Source: a virus. Taken from it: a DNA stretch of 37,867 nucleotides. This document shows, one piece after another, positions 1 through 8,650 of this stretch (the first letter of the stretch is position 1; each line of letters opens with the position of its first letter). The stretch lies in IMG/VR virus record IMGVR_UViG_3300045988_120615. One strand, given 5' to 3'. Under the pieces are notes generated by a model. That model did not search any database. It was given only the letters and a program-made list of their open reading frames with translations, and was not told the origin of the DNA. Position numbers and translations under genes: made by a program.

Positions 1-55
1 CTGTCTGCGTCGAGCCGAACGCGGCAGCATTACCACCTTCAGCACGGAAAAACAG
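1..55. repeat. Copy of the 72-bp tail-fibre inverted repeat; identical to 37813-37867 (assembly overlap of a circular contig)
   Basis: The first 55 nt of the window are identical to the last 55 nt. The reverse complement of this sequence also occurs at 37299-37353. Confidence 0.85.
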
Positions 56-892
56 ACCGGCGAACTGGGCGCTGATGTTTTCCCACGTGCCACCATAGAG
101 ATCGGCTGGGGCGGCCATACCGGAAAACTGTATACAATATGCTCCGACCGGCATGGCTGACGGGATGACGATGTTGAAGCCGGTGGCCGGGTTTTGGAGT
201 ACCCATTTGCCCTGCGTAGAATCGTATTGCAATATCATCCAGTATCCATTACCGGCAATATCGCCAATAGCAAGCGGTTGGTATGTCCCTTTGGTGATGG
301 TGGTGGCGGTAAGACCATCCGGACTGAACGTCGGTGTCGTTGTGGCGTTTGACGCAAGCGCACGCACGAAAACAACAAGGCCGTTCGTCAATTCGGTAAT
401 CGCAGGATCGAATGTCGCGGTAATGGCGTCAGATGTGCCTTCACCGACAGCGATATACAGCGATGAACCTTTTGCTGCATCGCCAGCCCACGGCAGCCAC
501 GAAGTGCCGATTGATTCAGGGGATTCATTGAAGTCGGTCGTATTGTTGGCAATCGCGCTGACATACGCTGATGCGCCGTCATTGGATTGCAATACCGCCC
601 CCAGTGGATAGCCGCCGATTGTTGAGGCAAAGTCTGCGTTGAAAGTCGGTAAACCACCAGATTGAGAAAACCCGATGCTCGACGAAAGCGCGAACAAAAT
701 GCCGTTCATGTCCATGCCCTGCGGCGGCAAACCGCCGGCGACAAGCGGCGTCATCGTGACAGGCGGGAAGCCCTTTTGGTACGACGCATAATTGGTCTGT
801 CCTGTTTCTGTAGATGGCGTTACCGGAATCGTGTTTTTGTCGCCCTGCGACGCAAAAGGAACCGGCATCAAAACTTGTGCTGGAACGCTCAT
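1..892 (-). CDS. Tail fibre protein, constant N-terminal/shaft part. The ORF starts at 892, runs off the window start and continues in frame at 37812 to 37601; total 1104 nt, 367 aa.
   Basis: Minus-strand translation from the ATG at 892 gives MSVPAQVLMPVPFASQGDKNTIPVTPSTETGQTNYASYQKGFPP...GMDMNGILFALSSS...GGYPLGAVLQ, a conserved phage tail-fibre N-terminal domain. There are no stops down to position 1. Frame arithmetic (892-1 and 37813-37603 are both multiples of 3) joins it to the C-terminal tip ending TAG at 37601-37603. The six-frame track omits it because it is open-ended within the window. Confidence 0.7.
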   Translation of the reverse strand, partial: MSVPAQVLMPVPFASQGDKNTIPVTPSTETGQTNYASYQKGFPPVTMTPLVAGGLPPQGMDMNGILFALSSSIGFSQSGGLPTFNADFASTIGGYPLGAVLQSNDGASAYVSAIANNTTDFNESPESIGTSWLPWAGDAAKGSSLYIAVGEGTSDAITATFDPAITELTNGLVVFVRALASNATTTPTFSPDGLTATTITKGTYQPLAIGDIAGNGYWMILQYDSTQGKWVLQNPATGFNIVIPSAMPVGAYCIQFSGMAAPADLYGGTWENISAQFAGLFFRAEGGNAAAFGSTQT

Positions 893-903
893 GTTTCACC
901 CAT

Positions 904-925
904 AAAAAAACGGGCTGTAGCCCGT
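904..925 (-). terminator. Intrinsic terminator-like hairpin plus T7 run immediately upstream of the tail-fibre start codon
   Basis: The minus strand reads aacgggctacagcccgttttttt (6-bp GC stem, 4-nt loop, 7 T). It overlaps the stop of the upstream gene and sits about 15 nt before the tail-fibre RBS/ATG. Confidence 0.45.
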
Positions 926-1548
926 TATGATTGACTGTAAAAAGTACCCTGATTAAATGGCGCGTAGCCCGGTGACGCCTCATTGAAACCAAAAGTGTTT
1001 GGCGTCGGGATTTGCAGATACTCCGCCCTTACGCCCGCTGGTCGCGGCATGACAGATGATGTGACGATAGCCCACTCATACGGCTGCAAGTAGAACTCGA
1101 ACACGTATCGCATTGCCATGTTGCCAAGGTCAAGCACATAGCACCGCTGACCGTCGAACAGATATTGAAGCAACTGGTTTAGTGTCGGCACGTTCGGTCG
1201 GCAGATGTTGGACATCGCCTTGACCATGATGAGCTTTCGGTATACATCATCTGCCAGACGGTATGTCTGCGTTGCTGGATCGCCATTTGCGAACGGTGCC
1301 TCGTTGAATGGCGTGAACGAACCATCGCCCGTGTAGAATCCGAAATTTACACCGGTGCCTTGAATCGTAAGGTACCGTTCCACACCGACAATGCGGCCCC
1401 ATATGTCAAGCCCGAATCCTTGCGCTGTATCCAGATTGACGACATTGTCGTAAAAGTCGTCGATTGTCGTTTGGAAGTCGTAATTCTGATAAATGAAATC
1501 CACCAGCTGCGACAGAATCGGGCTGGACTGATATTGAATCGGAATCAT
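925..1548 (-). CDS. Baseplate/tail protein, Mu gp48 / DUF2313-like (P2 gpI position)
   Basis: 207 aa located between the Baseplate_J-like gene and the tail fibre. The start overlaps the upstream gene. Confidence 0.45.
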   Translation of the reverse strand: MIPIQYQSSPILSQLVDFIYQNYDFQTTIDDFYDNVVNLDTAQGFGLDIWGRIVGVERYLTIQGTGVNFGFYTGDGSFTPFNEAPFANGDPATQTYRLADDVYRKLIMVKAMSNICRPNVPTLNQLLQYLFDGQRCYVLDLGNMAMRYVFEFYLQPYEWAIVTSSVMPRPAGVRAEYLQIPTPNTFGFNEASPGYAPFNQGTFYSQS

Positions 1549-2771
1549 GAGATCGTCACCTGAATGCCAGACTGTTGAATGACCGGAACCTGATCGATGC
1601 CCATCGTTACCGCGTTCTGATTCGCTTCTGACGTACCTATCTGGATTGAAATGATATTGATCTGGCTGCTGACAGCGGAAACGATCCTGTAATAGGACGA
1701 TGCGTAAATTGCGCCGCCGATTCGCGGTCTTGCGAATCCGTCAACCTGACCGTTGAACGCTGCGATGATTGCAGACTGAATCTGCGCGATGACATCAGAC
1801 GGAAGCTGCGTATTCTGCTGGATCGTGACCGCGAAAAGAATTTCGGTTGGTGTCGGGCGGTTGAACGTGATCTGGTATTCAGGGTATGGCGTTACATATG
1901 CGGAATCATCGTACACCGTTACGGTTGTGTTTCCGTTCATTCCGCAACCGATGTCCTTCTTTGTCCAGATCGTTTGGGCAACCGTATCATCATCACCGCC
2001 GACCACTCCGACATACACGCTGTGCGGCGCAAGCTCGTAGTTTGTCGCGCCATACTGGATTGTTTCGTCTGACGGATTGTCGCAAACAAAACAATCCGTC
2101 ACTTCGTCAATTTCGGACACAGCGGCGCGGATGGCTGGCGCGGTGCCAGTCGCATTGAGTGCAACAGATTCTTGCCTGCGTAACTCGAAAGCGTCCCTGC
2201 CTTCGACATCGGTTCCTGTCACGCCGGGACTTTCGTTTGTGATCGCGTCCCATCCTGGGACGGCGACTTGAATGTACACCAGCGAACCGGCTGCGCATGG
2301 AATGGCACCGCTGACCTGATTGGCAAATTGCACCGTCGCTTGACCGTTTGAGCCGAATGAAACCGCGGACAACGATTCATAGACATTGCCGGATGTGTCT
2401 CTTGCTAATGAGCCAGCCGGCAACGTATTACCCGGAATGCCGGTGCAGGTCGCACTGACGATTGTTGGTGTTCCTGATTTTCGAGTGATGAAATAGATCC
2501 TTGCCAGAGCGTCCTGAAAACGTCCGATCGCCGTGTCCGGATCGAATTGTGACAACGTGAACGCGAGACTTGCATACGCCAGCGCGATAGCCTGCGCCCG
2601 CTCCGCCGACAACACATATTGCGGCGTTGAAACAGACGTCACGTTCAGATTTCCGCCGAATGCTGCATTGATGTCTTGCAAAGTACCCGAAAGAATATCC
2701 TGCGTTTGTGGAACCGATATGCCAGTTTCCGTGATTGTTACTGGCGGAACGTTAGTTTGCAATGTTGACAT
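1545..2771 (-). CDS. Baseplate J-like protein (Mu gp47 family)
   Basis: 408 aa. The position (after the GP46-like gene, before the gp48-like gene) and size fit a Baseplate_J protein. Start and stop codons overlap those of the neighbouring genes. Confidence 0.55.
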   Translation of the reverse strand: MSTLQTNVPPVTITETGISVPQTQDILSGTLQDINAAFGGNLNVTSVSTPQYVLSAERAQAIALAYASLAFTLSQFDPDTAIGRFQDALARIYFITRKSGTPTIVSATCTGIPGNTLPAGSLARDTSGNVYESLSAVSFGSNGQATVQFANQVSGAIPCAAGSLVYIQVAVPGWDAITNESPGVTGTDVEGRDAFELRRQESVALNATGTAPAIRAAVSEIDEVTDCFVCDNPSDETIQYGATNYELAPHSVYVGVVGGDDDTVAQTIWTKKDIGCGMNGNTTVTVYDDSAYVTPYPEYQITFNRPTPTEILFAVTIQQNTQLPSDVIAQIQSAIIAAFNGQVDGFARPRIGGAIYASSYYRIVSAVSSQINIISIQIGTSEANQNAVTMGIDQVPVIQQSGIQVTIS

Positions 2772-3102
2772 TGATCGTCTCGGTTTCTGTTGTGATCTGG
2801 ATTTGTCCTGACAGCTGGCGATTCTCGAAAATCAGTATCGGAGTAGCGTCCACGACGCCCGGAACCGTTTTCGCTTCTGTGCGAAACCACTCGGTCAGCA
2901 TGGCGACCGGCGGGCGTTGACCTAATACGCTGGCCTTGTACGGGACACCACGCGATGTATCGAAAAGCGCTTCGCCTTGCCACAATCGGCAGGCTGACGC
3001 AACGTCTTGCGCGATGGCATATGGATCGCTTGCCATTGCAATGTTTCCGGACGCATCCACCGTCAAATCCCATTTTTCCGGGACGAGATAAAGAGTATTC
3101 AT
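2752..3102 (-). CDS. GP46-family baseplate protein (Mu gp46-like)
   Basis: 116 aa with WDLTVDASGNIAMASDPYAIAQDVASACRLWQGEALFDTSRG, which is typical of the GP46 family. Gene order V - gp46 - J - gp48. Confidence 0.5.
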   Translation of the reverse strand: MNTLYLVPEKWDLTVDASGNIAMASDPYAIAQDVASACRLWQGEALFDTSRGVPYKASVLGQRPPVAMLTEWFRTEAKTVPGVVDATPILIFENRQLSGQIQITTETETINVNIAN

Positions 3103-3818
3103 TGCGGTTCACCTGTCGTTGATCCCCCGGACTGGACGCCACCGTGAACATGCGTTTCAAGAGTGATCCCATTGCTGGAAATCGTGCCGCCGGTGTTCGT
3201 AATGCCGCCGGATGTTTGTGCGCCGGAACCTTTCGCGCCGGTCTGTGTCATCTGTCCTGTGATCGTCATGAGTGGCGTATCGACCGTCACTTGCTGATCT
3301 GCCGTGATCGTCACTGTCGGGGCTGTCAGATTGATAGCTGTCGGCGAGTACACCGTAATTCCAGCTTGAGAGAACTGGATATACTGCGTTGGCGTGCTGT
3401 TCAGAATGCCGTTGACATATATGGCGTCAGACAGTGAGAACTTGCGAAGTGACGCGGTCGCAGAATCCCCGCGAGTGCGTTTCACGCCTGAAATGTCGCG
3501 GCTTGAGAAAACCGCAAACCCGATGTCGCCCGGCTCCGGATCTATGATGATCGCGTTCGCCCCGCCTTGAAGCCTGAAATATGGCGCGTTGTATATCGCC
3601 GGATACGGTACCATTTCTCCGGTTGCTGTCTGCTGCTGGATCAGCGGCTGGATATTGGCTGTTCCAACGGGAGCCAAACCGCCACCATTCACAGCAAGCA
3701 CCTTGCACGGCAGACAGGCGTACATCTCACGAATGAACGCATCGAATTGATAGCGTATTTGCGCTATTTCGTCTGTTGACAGCCCAAATGAAGCATTTTC
3801 TGTATAGTTATTGTCCAT
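3099..3818 (-). CDS. Baseplate assembly/spike protein V (Mu gp45-like)
   Basis: 239 aa with a Gly/Thr-rich C-terminus containing the HVHGGVQSGGSTTGEP tip motif. Lies upstream of the gp46-like gene. Confidence 0.5.
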   Translation of the reverse strand: MDNNYTENASFGLSTDEIAQIRYQFDAFIREMYACLPCKVLAVNGGGLAPVGTANIQPLIQQQTATGEMVPYPAIYNAPYFRLQGGANAIIIDPEPGDIGFAVFSSRDISGVKRTRGDSATASLRKFSLSDAIYVNGILNSTPTQYIQFSQAGITVYSPTAINLTAPTVTITADQQVTVDTPLMTITGQMTQTGAKGSGAQTSGGITNTGGTISSNGITLETHVHGGVQSGGSTTGEPQ

Positions 3819-4104
3819 CGTTGTAGCACAATAAAAACCGTGATCCCCACCCCGTGAAAATCGGACTGTCGTTTCCTTGCGTATCCACGCTCAGGAAATC
3901 GCCCGAAAATCCGAGATAGGGCGCGTTTATCAGGTATGTCCGATCAACCATCAGCACGTTCTGGCAAAGCGCCTGACCGTTCTGCGAAGCGGAAAAATAC
4001 TGCCGTCCGCCCATCTGTCGTAAAAGGATCGTGACCTGCTGCCCGCCGACTTCGCAAACGACTTGCTGGGACGGGACAGGCTTCAAGGGAATGGTGTAAA
4101 ACAT
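3808..4104 (-). CDS. Hypothetical tail/baseplate protein
   Basis: 98-aa ORF translationally coupled between tail genes. Confidence 0.3.
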   Translation of the reverse strand: MFYTIPLKPVPSQQVVCEVGGQQVTILLRQMGGRQYFSASQNGQALCQNVLMVDRTYLINAPYLGFSGDFLSVDTQGNDSPIFTGWGSRFLLCYNDGQ

Positions 4105-4859
4105 CAGAACAAATTGCCTATTGCGGTTGCCGCATTCGTGACCGTACCGATCACACTATCTGCCGCACTAATGACGGACGCAGAAACACGTTGCGCAAGG
4201 GATGTCGGCGCATCGTTGGCTGACTGCGCATTTTCCGTGCTGGCGTTTGCCGTACTGGGCAATACCGGTATTGCTGTCATGATCTTTCGGAACGCGCACC
4301 GTGCAATGATGAGCGATGCCCCGCCATTGTCTGCATCCCGTATCACCTCATATGATTCAAGCGTCATGTTTTGGTATGTGCGCTCCGGCACGACGATGTC
4401 GTAAACAGTCGGGTTCTGCACATTCGTCTCAAGCCACGACAGGAACGTTTTACGGTTCGTCAACCCGCCGCCACGCGCCATTTCGATCATGACCATATCG
4501 GGAACCTGCACCTTGTTGTAACTGGCGAATCCGCCTTGTTCGATACGGTAATCACAGACCTGCGTTTCATGCCGTGAATCAAGAGAGCGGATACTGTCAA
4601 CCGTTACAACCGGCGAAACGCCGGACGACTGACCGCCGATCAATTCCCCGATCGTCGTTGTGCCTATCGGGGTGGACAAAACGACCCGCTCAAGATTCTC
4701 ACCAAATGACGGTGTCACATCGCCGGAATTTGCCGGGTATATACCCCATTGCCCGGAGAAAGACCCAAGCAGTTCCCACAGCTTCGCTTCCGCCGAACCA
4801 AGAATGATCGTTGCGGTTGACGATGCTGTGATGCTGCTCAAAACCGGAATGCCGTTCAT
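4104..4859 (-). CDS. Hypothetical baseplate/tail protein
   Basis: 251-aa ORF within the tail module; its start overlaps the upstream stop. Confidence 0.35.
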   Translation of the reverse strand: MNGIPVLSSITASSTATIILGSAEAKLWELLGSFSGQWGIYPANSGDVTPSFGENLERVVLSTPIGTTTIGELIGGQSSGVSPVVTVDSIRSLDSRHETQVCDYRIEQGGFASYNKVQVPDMVMIEMARGGGLTNRKTFLSWLETNVQNPTVYDIVVPERTYQNMTLESYEVIRDADNGGASLIIARCAFRKIMTAIPVLPSTANASTENAQSANDAPTSLAQRVSASVISAADSVIGTVTNAATAIGNLF

Positions 4860-5788
4860 GATGAAGTCAGTTTGTAAATCAGTTGCAGTTCAGTTTGCCA
4901 GAGGCCGTTAGGGGTTTCGGATTGCAGCCGATGAGACATTTTCAGAATGAGACATTCAGCCTCGCTTGCGCCGATTTCCTTGCCCATTCCCTTTTGAAAC
5001 AGCACCTGTCTGCTTTTGACGGTTACGGGAGCCAGCCAACGGTAATAGGGCGAAAACAGCGTCCTGACGATGCAGCCGTTCGGGATGAGTGACGGGTACC
5101 CGATCATCCCTGTTTCGACCGAAATAGTGATCGGTGTGATCGCTCTGGACTGACCGGCGGCAACGATAACCACCGTATTGCCCTCGAACTGAACCGAAAT
5201 GTTCGCCTGCCTTGCGACAGACAGGATCATTTCCTTGTACGAACCGGACAAAGCCACATCAGTCAGCGACGTAGTGACCCCATTGTTTTCCAGCACGTAC
5301 TTGTCCGCCGCTTCCGTCCGTGTCGCGTTATAGTTGTCCAGGATCGTCTGAATTATCTGCGGGACAGTAACCGACCCGTTGAACGAAATCGCGTTTGGCG
5401 GCGCGGTATTGAGCTTGAACGACGACATCGCAAAAATGTGCATCGGTACGGTAGGCATGCTGTTGTAGTCAGCCAGCGCCTGAAAAATCATGCCGGAGAA
5501 CACAAGGATGTCGTTGCCCGTCTCGTCCTGCGCATACAGTGACACCGTGTTCGGTTTCAACAGGTTGATCTGGACAGTCCCTTTTATGAGCGTCAGCGCG
5601 TTCATCGTGTCCGCTTTCAGTCCAAAGACGACGATATGCGCTTCATCCAGCGCAGAGAAAGGGGAAACACGGATGTTCGCGTGGATTCTCAACCCTGAAA
5701 GCTCTATTCGGTTATCCTCTGGCTTTCCGGTAAAAGACCCCTCACCAAGCTCGAAAACGATGCGGAAAGTGCGTTTGACAAAGCTCAT
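4856..5788 (-). CDS. Tail protein immediately after the tape measure (baseplate hub / DNA-circulation-like position)
   Basis: 310 aa, coupled to the stop of the tape-measure gene. Confidence 0.35.
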   Translation of the reverse strand: MSFVKRTFRIVFELGEGSFTGKPEDNRIELSGLRIHANIRVSPFSALDEAHIVVFGLKADTMNALTLIKGTVQINLLKPNTVSLYAQDETGNDILVFSGMIFQALADYNSMPTVPMHIFAMSSFKLNTAPPNAISFNGSVTVPQIIQTILDNYNATRTEAADKYVLENNGVTTSLTDVALSGSYKEMILSVARQANISVQFEGNTVVIVAAGQSRAITPITISVETGMIGYPSLIPNGCIVRTLFSPYYRWLAPVTVKSRQVLFQKGMGKEIGASEAECLILKMSHRLQSETPNGLWQTELQLIYKLTSS

Positions 5789-7569
5789 ATAAATACAGAT
5801 GTCAGTGCGCCGATATTCTGCGTTCTCTTTCGGATTTCAGCGACGATTTCGCTTGCTTCTGTCGATGGCGCATACACAGTAATGTTCTGCGTAACGGTCG
5901 GCGAAGACTGCGACACTTTCGTGGTAGCGGGGGCGACGCTGTAAGCCGCAGGTTGAACACGTGGCATGATGACGTTTGGTGTCTTGCTTGCTTCTGCGTA
6001 TGTCGCGTTTCGGCCATTTTTCAAATACTCTTCTCGCATCCCCTTCAACCGCGCTCCCATCTCTGCGCCACTTATGGATGCTCTGTTTCCTTGTGTCCCG
6101 TGCCAATAGCTCAATCCTGTATCAGGATTTGCGACAGATGCCCATTGGGTTGCTATGGCTTTGATCGCACCATTCAGGTTGTTGTTGCGACCTTCTATAT
6201 AATTTTTTACGGCGGGCAAGCTGTTCATAAGCGCCATTGCAAGCCTGTCCTGATTTTCTTCATTGAAAAGGTCTGATTCTTTCAAACCGGCAAGTCTTGT
6301 TGCCCGTCGTAAAGTCGCGGGAATGAATTGATACTTTCCTGCCGCGTTAAAATCCTTGTTCTTCTGACTTTGAAGCACATCTCCAATGGTCATGTTTACA
6401 AGATTGCGAGTTCCGGCCCCGCCGCCTTTTGCCTTTCCAAGGTTTACGCTGTTGTAACTCCCTTCCCCGCGCCCAATCAAATCTAAAGTTGCTCGATCGG
6501 TGTTGCTAATGCCGCCTTTCGCGTTTGCAGACGACCCTCTAGCCTCTTTTCTGACCTGATCTGCGTCATACTGGTAATCGGTATTCCCTGTCTCGCCTAC
6601 CCCGGCGAAATATCCCAAAATTCCGGTATCTTCACCGCTCTTTATTTTCTTATCGACGCTTTCGCCAAATTCCTTGAATTTTTCCAGAACAGGAGCGAAC
6701 GCCGCTTGCGCGATGTTTTTCAGCGAAGTAAAGATTTTACCGATCTGCAAAATGACGTCCGTCAGCGCGCTAACCGCTGGAACCATTGCGCTGACAGCAT
6801 TGCCCAGCCCGTCAAACAGCCCGAAATTCTCGTTGATTTTCAGAACTGAATCCGTCAGCGCGTTTTCCATTTCGGTCATCGCGCCAGACAGTTTTGCTGT
6901 GCTGGCGGCCATTTCGCGTGATGCTGCCGCTTGTCTTTTCAGCGATTCTGCCTGTTCCCTGGCATCGCTTCTGGTTGCCATGTCAGCCAAAGCGGGAGAA
7001 ATGCCGCGAGACATCATCAGCTGCATCGCGCTTTCTCTGTCGCCGCCCGTGAATCCAAGCGCAAATTCACCGGCTTCGATCGCCATGTCGTACAGATCGC
7101 GGGCTTTGCCCTGCGCGTCAATGACGGAAACACCAAGATCGGTAAAGGCTTTGGTAATACCGGTCAGCTCTCCGCCGAACTTGAGCGCGGCAAACGATCC
7201 GGCAAGGTCATCGACGATGCTGTTTGCCTCGCTCGCAGAGTATCCAAGCGCCTTGAACTGGTTCTGCATCGCACGGATGCTCTTTTCGGACTGCCCGCTG
7301 CGAACCGCCATCTGACCAAGCAGCAGGTTCGCTTCCGATACGCGCTTGATGAACGACACGACAGCACCGGCAGACAGGACAAGCCCGAATGTACCGGCAA
7401 GGCGTTTCAGGGACGAGACAAGGGCATTCCCGGACACTTCGCCGGTGTCTTTCAGCCCTTCCAGCCCTTCTTCCGCCTTGTTCGCGGCCTTCTCGACGTT
7501 TTCAAGTTCCTTGACAGCGCCGGACGCCTTGACATCGACTTCAAGGGTAAATTTTTCGGATTCAGCCAT
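5785..7569 (-). CDS. Tail tape measure protein
   Basis: 594 aa with Ala/Gly/Leu-rich helical repeats (MAESEKFTLEVDVKASGAVKELENVEKAANKAEEGLEGLKD...). Located just after the G/GT chaperone pair. Confidence 0.7.
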   Translation of the reverse strand: MAESEKFTLEVDVKASGAVKELENVEKAANKAEEGLEGLKDTGEVSGNALVSSLKRLAGTFGLVLSAGAVVSFIKRVSEANLLLGQMAVRSGQSEKSIRAMQNQFKALGYSASEANSIVDDLAGSFAALKFGGELTGITKAFTDLGVSVIDAQGKARDLYDMAIEAGEFALGFTGGDRESAMQLMMSRGISPALADMATRSDAREQAESLKRQAAASREMAASTAKLSGAMTEMENALTDSVLKINENFGLFDGLGNAVSAMVPAVSALTDVILQIGKIFTSLKNIAQAAFAPVLEKFKEFGESVDKKIKSGEDTGILGYFAGVGETGNTDYQYDADQVRKEARGSSANAKGGISNTDRATLDLIGRGEGSYNSVNLGKAKGGGAGTRNLVNMTIGDVLQSQKNKDFNAAGKYQFIPATLRRATRLAGLKESDLFNEENQDRLAMALMNSLPAVKNYIEGRNNNLNGAIKAIATQWASVANPDTGLSYWHGTQGNRASISGAEMGARLKGMREEYLKNGRNATYAEASKTPNVIMPRVQPAAYSVAPATTKVSQSSPTVTQNITVYAPSTEASEIVAEIRKRTQNIGALTSVFI

Positions 7570-8202
7570 TTTTCTGCGCTCTGTATTGTTCGATCAATGC
7601 GTTGTTGTACCGGTTGACGCACGCTACTTCGTACATCTTGTAAAGGTCGCGGCATCCATAAACGGTTTGAAGTTCGTGCAATGTCGCCAGCCGTTCAGAC
7701 ATGACCATGCCAATAGCAGGCGACACCGCTACATAGCTTATCTGGTGGACAGATACGCCAAAGTTCATCAGCCCTTCAAACTCTGGACGCCGTTGATAAA
7801 AAAATTGAGATGCAGTTCGATGGTTTTCATGCGCAGCATCATCAGGGTGCCGATTTCCTCGATGTCGTTTTCCGTCAGCTTCCGGCAAAAATCGTTCTTG
7901 CACTTGAGCTGCCAGCAAGACTTCATTTCATCCAGTAACGGCTTCATACGATCTGGATCGGCTTTCATCATCAGCTGAATGATCGCCGAACCGCCTGCCT
8001 GCGCCAGCAATTCAAGGTTTCCCGCTTTGCCAACAAGCCCTTGCAGGCTTGCCAGCGAGTTATCCTTGTCAGCGTCAATTAGCACACCGGCAAGGCGGTA
8101 CGCATACCATTCGCCCTGTTCGGCAGACATTTCGGTAATGCGAAATACCTTGCCCGTATCACGACCGCCGGTGATTTCAACGTCCGTAAATTCTCGTGCC
8201 AT
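7562..8202 (-). CDS. Tail assembly chaperone GT, predicted -1 programmed-frameshift fusion product
   Basis: Frame B (ORF 7562-7918) is reached by a -1 slip at the TTTTTTT run. The fused frame reads ...HLNFFYQRRPEFEGLMNFGVSVHQ... and ends 5 nt inside the tape-measure start. This matches the canonical G/GT arrangement. Confidence 0.5.
7768..8202 (-). CDS. Tail assembly chaperone G
   Basis: 144 aa between the tail-tube and tape-measure genes. Its 3-prime end contains a T7 slippery run. Confidence 0.55.
   Translation of the reverse strand: MAREFTDVEITGGRDTGKVFRITEMSAEQGEWYAYRLAGVLIDADKDNSLASLQGLVGKAGNLELLAQAGGSAIIQLMMKADPDRMKPLLDEMKSCWQLKCKNDFCRKLTENDIEEIGTLMMLRMKTIELHLNFFINGVQSLKG
7770..7776 (-). 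promoter_or_regulatory. Slippery heptanucleotide T-TTT-TTT (A7 on the + strand) for the G/GT -1 frameshift
   Basis: The minus strand reads ctc aat ttt ttt atc. The run lies inside the G ORF, 6 codons before its stop, and is where frame A and frame B overlap. Confidence 0.5.
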
Positions 8203-8210
8203 GTGTCACC

Positions 8211-8642
8211 TTAAATCTTTGCCGGGGTGATTTTTCCCCAGTGAATGACATACTGCTTCGCTTCCTGCACGCGGTTGTGCGGCGCAACAGGCGTGTACGT
8301 CTGCATGACGCCCTTCGACAGCGTGTAGGATTGTCCAGTCGCAGGAACTTCGATGACCGCAGTCAGCCACAGGACTTCTTTCTGTGACTGGCTGTACTGA
8401 TAGATCGTGTCAAACACTTCGACGGAATCGGAATCGGCTTGCAGCTGGATAGTCTGCGGAACGACATGAGGCGTGTAGCCTGCCGACATGTTCCCATCGA
8501 CGCCCATACGGGTTTCTGCGGTCTGCACCGATTCGACTGTAAACGCGGTGTCCGACGCGAATCCTTGAACCTGAACACCTGCATACAAACCTTCGGCAGA
8601 AATCGTGAACTTCGAGTTCGCGGAAGTAATCGTTTTCGTCAT
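8211..8642 (-). CDS. Tail tube protein
   Basis: 143 aa directly downstream of the sheath gene. Confidence 0.55.
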   Translation of the reverse strand: MTKTITSANSKFTISAEGLYAGVQVQGFASDTAFTVESVQTAETRMGVDGNMSAGYTPHVVPQTIQLQADSDSVEVFDTIYQYSQSQKEVLWLTAVIEVPATGQSYTLSKGVMQTYTPVAPHNRVQEAKQYVIHWGKITPAKI

Positions 8643-8650
8643 GCTTCACC

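Noticed and set aside
1-55. The terminal 55-nt identity interpreted as att sites, an LTR or a biological direct repeat
   Set aside because: Its length equals a common assembler k-mer and it sits exactly at both window ends. A gene is in frame across it. An assembly overlap of a circular molecule is simpler.
153-992. Track ORFs 153-611 (+), 388-657 (-), 579-992 (-) and 662-934 (+) over the start of the window
   Set aside because: They are antisense or out of frame relative to the open-ended minus-strand tail-fibre ORF (892 to 1), which gives a clearly protein-like translation. The listed ORFs have low-complexity, Arg-rich or implausible sequences.
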